A program made the translations under genes and the position numbers. This document shows, one piece after another, positions 59,568 through 64,000 of a DNA stretch of 64,000 nucleotides. The notes beneath the pieces were generated by a model. It did no database searches and was not told where the DNA came from. It worked only from the letters and a program-made list of their open reading frames with translations. This stretch comes from Somniosus microcephalus (taxonomy: Eukaryota). Numbering within the stretch: position 1 is the first letter of the stretch; each line of letters begins with the position of its first letter. The stretch is from contig JBMRGM010000040.1 of NCBI GenBank assembly GCA_052327205.1, forward strand, positions 48,732,001 to 48,796,000. The letters are read 5' to 3'.

Positions 59568-60730
59568 CATCAGGCGCTTCTGTGCATGATTCTGGGGAAT
59601 GATTGAAACAGGCCTTAGAGCAATGTCTGGTTCCTCTATCCCCATTCTCAAAGTTAATGGAGCTGAGCACTTGAGTGCAAATGCCAAGGCTGAAGCGCAT
59701 AAAGCCACCTTTAGCCAGAAGTGCAGAGGATGATCCATCTCGGCCTCTTCCTGAGGTCCCCACCATCACAGAAGCCATTCTCAAGCTAATTCGATTCACT
59801 CCATGTGATAGCAAGTAACGACGGAGCACACTGGAAAAAGCAAACGCTAATGGGACCCTACATCATCCTGGCTGTCATGCTGAAGACTTGTGCTCCAGAA
59901 TTAGCCACGTCTCTAGCCAAGCTGATCCAGTACAGCTACAGCACTGGCATCTATCTGACAATGTGGAAAACAGCTCAGGTATGTCCTGTCCACAAAAAGC
60001 AGGATAAATCCAATCCGGACAATTACTGCCCATTTAATCTACTGTCAATCATCAGTAAAGTGATGGAAGGTATCATCAACATTGCTATCAAGCAGTACTT
60101 CTTCGGCAATAACCTGCTTACCAATGCTCAGCTTTGGTTCTGCCAGGACGACACAGCTCCAGACCTCATTACAGCCTTGGTCCAAACATGGAAAAAAGAG
60201 CTGAAATCCAGAGATCAATTTAGAATGACTTCCCTTGACATCAAGTCCGCACTTAACCGTGTGTGGCATCATGGAGCCCTCGTAAAATTGCAGTCAATGG
60301 GAGACGTGGGGGTTGTGGGGCTGTCGGGGGGAAACGCTCCACTGGCTGGAGCCATAAATAGCACTAGGGAAGATGGTTGTCATTGATGGAGGTCAATCAT
60401 CTCAGCCCCTGGATATCGCTGTACGAGTTTCTCAGGGGAGTGTCCTAGGCCAAATCATCTTCAGCTGCTTCATCAATGACATTCCCTCCTTCATAAGGTC
60501 AGAAGTGGGGATGTTCGCTGATGTTTGCACAGAGTTCAGTTCCATTCACAACTCCTCATATAATGAAAATTTCCATGCCCGCATGCAACAAGACGTGTAT
60601 GACATTCAGGCTTAGGCTGCTAGGTGGCAAGTTACATTTGTGCCACACAAGTGCCAGGCAATGACTGTCTCCAACAAGCGAGAGTCTAACCATCGCCCTT
60701 TGACATTCAATGGAACAAGCATCACTGAAT
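59568..60730 (+). mobile_element. CR1-type LINE ORF2 fragment (same family as 7765-9275, more diverged)
   Basis: LKTCAPELA..LAKL; KQDKSNPDNY; VSQGSVLG..IFSCFIND; MFADVC. Confidence 0.88.
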
Positions 60731-60773
60731 CTCTGGCCATCAGCATTGCAACAACGCGATGCACCTTGATTAT

Positions 60774-60845
60774 ATCCAGCTAGTTCAGTCGGTAGTGCGG
60801 TGCGATTTTTAATTTCTGTCACGTGGTTCGAGACCCACGTGAGAC
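60774..60845 (+). pseudogene. Highly degenerate tRNA-Lys(CTT)-like pseudogene
   Basis: CCAGCTAGTTCAGTCGGTAG.GC...GATTTTTAAT...CGTGGTTCGAGACCCACGT resembles tRNA-Lys D arm and T arm. Confidence 0.6.
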
Positions 60846-61004
60846 TTATGATTGATTTAAACTTTTTGGTTGCTTACACGGGAAAGCAACATTAATTAAC
60901 TGATAACCTTCTTTTGCAGGACGAAGGTAATGCTAACTGAGGGAGAGTCATTACTTCAATAATCTGTTAACTGTTAAACCATACCCCATGTTATACACTG
61001 AATT

Positions 61005-62020
61005 TAGAATCATTGAATTACAGCAATGGTTACAGCACAGTGGAGGCCATCCGGCCCATCGAGTCCATGCCTCCTCTCTGCAAGAACACGTCAGCTAGTC
61101 CCAGTCCCCCGCCCTTTCCCCGTAGCCCTGCAATCTTTTATCCTTCAGGTACTTATCCAATTCCATTTCGAAAGGCACGATTGAATCTGCGTTCACCATG
61201 CTTTCAGGCAGTGCATTCCAGATCCTAACCAATCGCTGAAAAACATTTTTTCCTCAAATACGCCTGTGGACCTTCTGCGAATCAGCTTAAATCTGTGTCG
61301 TCTGGTTCTCGACCCTTCCACAAATAGCATCAGCTTCTCTCTATCTACTCTGTCTAGAGCCCTCACGATTTTGAACACCTCTATCAAGTCTCCTCACAAT
61401 CTTCTCTGCTCCAAGGAGAACAAATCCAGCTTCTCCAGTCTATCCACGAAACTGAAGTCTGTCATCCCTAGAACCATTCTTGTAAATCTCTGCAGCACAC
61501 TCTCTAACGCCTTCACATTCTTCCTAAAATGTTCTGCCCAGAAACCTCCCTCTGAGGCCTAACCAATGATTTATAAAGGCTTTGCATTACCTCCTCGGTG
61601 GTGTACTCTATATCTCTATTAATAAAGCCAAGGATCCCGTATCATTTTTCACAGCCTTCTCAACTTGTCCCGCCATCGTCAAAAATAGATAAATACACCC
61701 GAGGTCTCTCTGTTCCTGCATCCCAATTAAAATTATTGCATTTAGTTTATATTTCCTCTCCTCATTCTTCCTATCAAAATGGATCACTTCACACATCTCC
61801 GTGTTAAATTACACCTGCTATGTGTCTGACCATTTCACCACTCTATATATGTCCTCATGAGGTCTGTTATTTTCCGTTCTTCAGCAGTGTTTGAAATTAT
61901 GCCTAGTATATCCAAGCCTAGGTCATTAATATATATCAAAATGAGCAGTGGTCCTAATACCGGCCCCTGGGTGATACCACTGTATACTTCCCTCCAGTCT
62001 GAAAAACAACCGTTCACCAC
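61005..62020 (-). mobile_element. CR1-type LINE 3' fragment
   Basis: SGITQGPVLGPLL; CEVIHF; LIEVFKI...DRVDREKL...SRTR.HRFKL. Confidence 0.85.
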
Positions 62021-62077
62021 TATTTACAACTGACACCCACATTGTTATAAGCACCACACACATATACGCAACGACAA

Positions 62078-62295
62078 ACAAACTTGCATTTATATAGCGT
62101 CTTAAAAGTAGTAAAACATCACAACACGCTTCACAGGAGCGACTTTCAGACAGAGCTTGACACCGAGCCACATAAGGAGATATTAGAACAGATGACCAAA
62201 AGCTTCTTCAAAGTGGTAGAATTTAAGCAGCATTTTAATGGTGGAAAGAGAGGCGGAGCCTTTTTGGGAGGTAATTCCAGAGGTTAGGGCTTGGC
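62078..62295 (-). mobile_element. L2-type LINE/SINE 3' tail fragment
   Basis: Minus strand ends ...GACGCTATATAAATGCAAGTT, typical of L2-family 3' tails. Confidence 0.55.
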
Positions 62296-62346
62296 TCACA
62301 AACCCACAGCTTATATTTTTACACAGCCTTGATTTTAGATCTGAGT

Positions 62347-64000
62347 ATAGAAACATAGAGTCATAGAAACATAGAAGATAGGAGCAGGAGTAGGCCATTC
62401 TGCCCTTCAAGACTGCTCCGCCATTCAATGAGATCATGGCTGATCATCAAAATTCAGTACCGGGTCCCTGCTTTCTCCCCATATCCCTTGACCCCTTTAG
62501 CCTTAAGAAATATATCTAACGATTTCTTGTATATATTTAATTATTTGGTTGGAACTGCTTTCTCTGGTAGAGAATTCCACAGGTTCACCACTCTCCAGTT
62601 GAAGAGATTCCTCCTAATCTCAGTCCTAAATGGCTTAAACCTCATTCTTAGAGTGTGACCTCTGGTTCTGGACTCCCCCGCCATCGAGAACAGCCTTCCT
62701 GCATCTAGTCTGTCTAGTCCTGTTAGAATTTTATAAGTTTCAATGTGATCCCCCCTCAATCTTCCAAACTCTAGCGAATATAAGCCTAATCGACCCAATC
62801 ACTCTTCATACATCATTCCTGCCATCCCAGGTATCAGCCTGGTGAATCTTTGCTGAACTCCTTCCATGGCAAGAACATCCTTCCTCAGATAAGGCGACCA
62901 AAACTGCACACAATACTCAAGGTGTGGTCTCACGAAGGCCCTGTACAAGTGCAGCAAGACATCCTTGCTCCTCCACTCGAATCTTCTCGCTATGAAGGCC
63001 AGAATACCATTTGCCTTCTTAACCACCTGCTGTACCTACATGCTTACCTTCAGCGACTGGTGCACAAGGACACCCAGGTCTCGTTGCAATTACCCTTTTC
63101 CCAATCTATTGCCGTTCAGATAATAATCTGCCTTCCTGTTTTTGCCACCAAAGTGGATTAACTCGCATTTATCCACATTATACTGCATCTGCCATGATTC
63201 TGCCCAATCACCCAACCTGTCCAAATCATACTGGAGTTTCCCTGCATCCTCCTCACAGCACACATGCCCACCCAGCTTTGTGACGTCTGCAAATTTGGAG
63301 ATATTATATCTAGTTCCCTCGTCTAGATCATTTATATATTTTGTGAATGGCTGGTTTCCTAGGACCGATCCCTGCAGTACCCCACTAGTCACTGCCTGCC
63401 ACTCAGAAAAAGACACGTTTATTCCAACTCTTTGCTTCCTGTCTGTTAAACAGTTCTCTATCCAACCAACACCTTACCCCCAATCCAATGTGCTTTAACT
63501 TTACATGCTACTCTCTTAGGCGAGACCTTATCGAAAGCCTTCCGAAAGTCCAAATGCACCATATCCACTGGTTCTCCCTTATATATTCTACCAGTTCCGT
63601 CCTCAAAAATATCCTGTAGATTTGTCAAGCATGATTTACCTTTAGTAAATCCATGTTGACTTTGTCCGATCCTGTGACTGTTTTCCAAGTGCTCTGCTAT
63701 TACATATTTTATAATTGCCTGTAACACTTTCCCCACTACCGATGTCAGGCTAACTGGTCTATATTGCCCTGTTTTCTTTCAAATACCTTTATTAAAGAGT
63801 GGGGTAACATTAGCTACTCTCCAATCCATGGGAACTGTTCCAGAATCTATAGAATTTTGGAAGATGACCGGCAATGCGTCTACTATTTCTAAGACCACTT
63901 CTTTAAATACAATGGGATGTAGATTTTCAGGCCCTGGGGATTTATCGGCCCTCAATTCTGGCAATTTCCCTAACACCATTTCACTACAAATACTGATTTC
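62347..64000 (-). mobile_element. CR1 LINE ORF2 RT and 3' end, running off the window edge
   Basis: QHGFTKGKSCLTNL; LDFRKAFDKV; SGVLQGSVLG; KFADVTKLG; VRPHLEYCVQFWSP; terminal (CATAGAAA)n-type repeats at ~62347-62375. Confidence 0.93.

Noticed and set aside
44925-60845. Functional tRNA genes
   Set aside because: Every copy has broken stems, or damaged T-loop or anticodon loop.

Overview
Repeat-dense vertebrate DNA with no host protein-coding gene recognised. The LINE and Penelope types suggest a cartilaginous fish (inference). Left to right: (1) an R2 non-LTR retrotransposon with an uninterrupted 1310-aa ORF, inserted at the canonical R2 site of a mutated 28S rRNA copy, followed by 3'ETS/IGS repeats; (2) a decayed minus-strand endogenous retrovirus (5'LTR, tRNA-Leu PBS, gag, pol with tether plus RNase H, an unknown accessory ORF, and an env with a paramyxo/pneumovirus-F-like layout, i.e. 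lokiretrovirus-like), stretched over ~36 kb; (3) inside its pol gene, a ~19-kb 51-bp satellite that appears to be an amplified, in-frame piece of pol itself, with a 2.7-kb higher-order repeat and two nested Mag-type Gypsy elements; (4) a decayed tRNA gene cluster (Lys, Glu, Asp, Val, Lys) mixed with a Penelope element carrying a minimal hammerhead ribozyme, a two-gene Harbinger transposon, a MITE, a third Gypsy element and many CR1/L2 LINE fragments. All calls come from reading the sequence by eye. No database search was run, and fragment boundaries are approximate.
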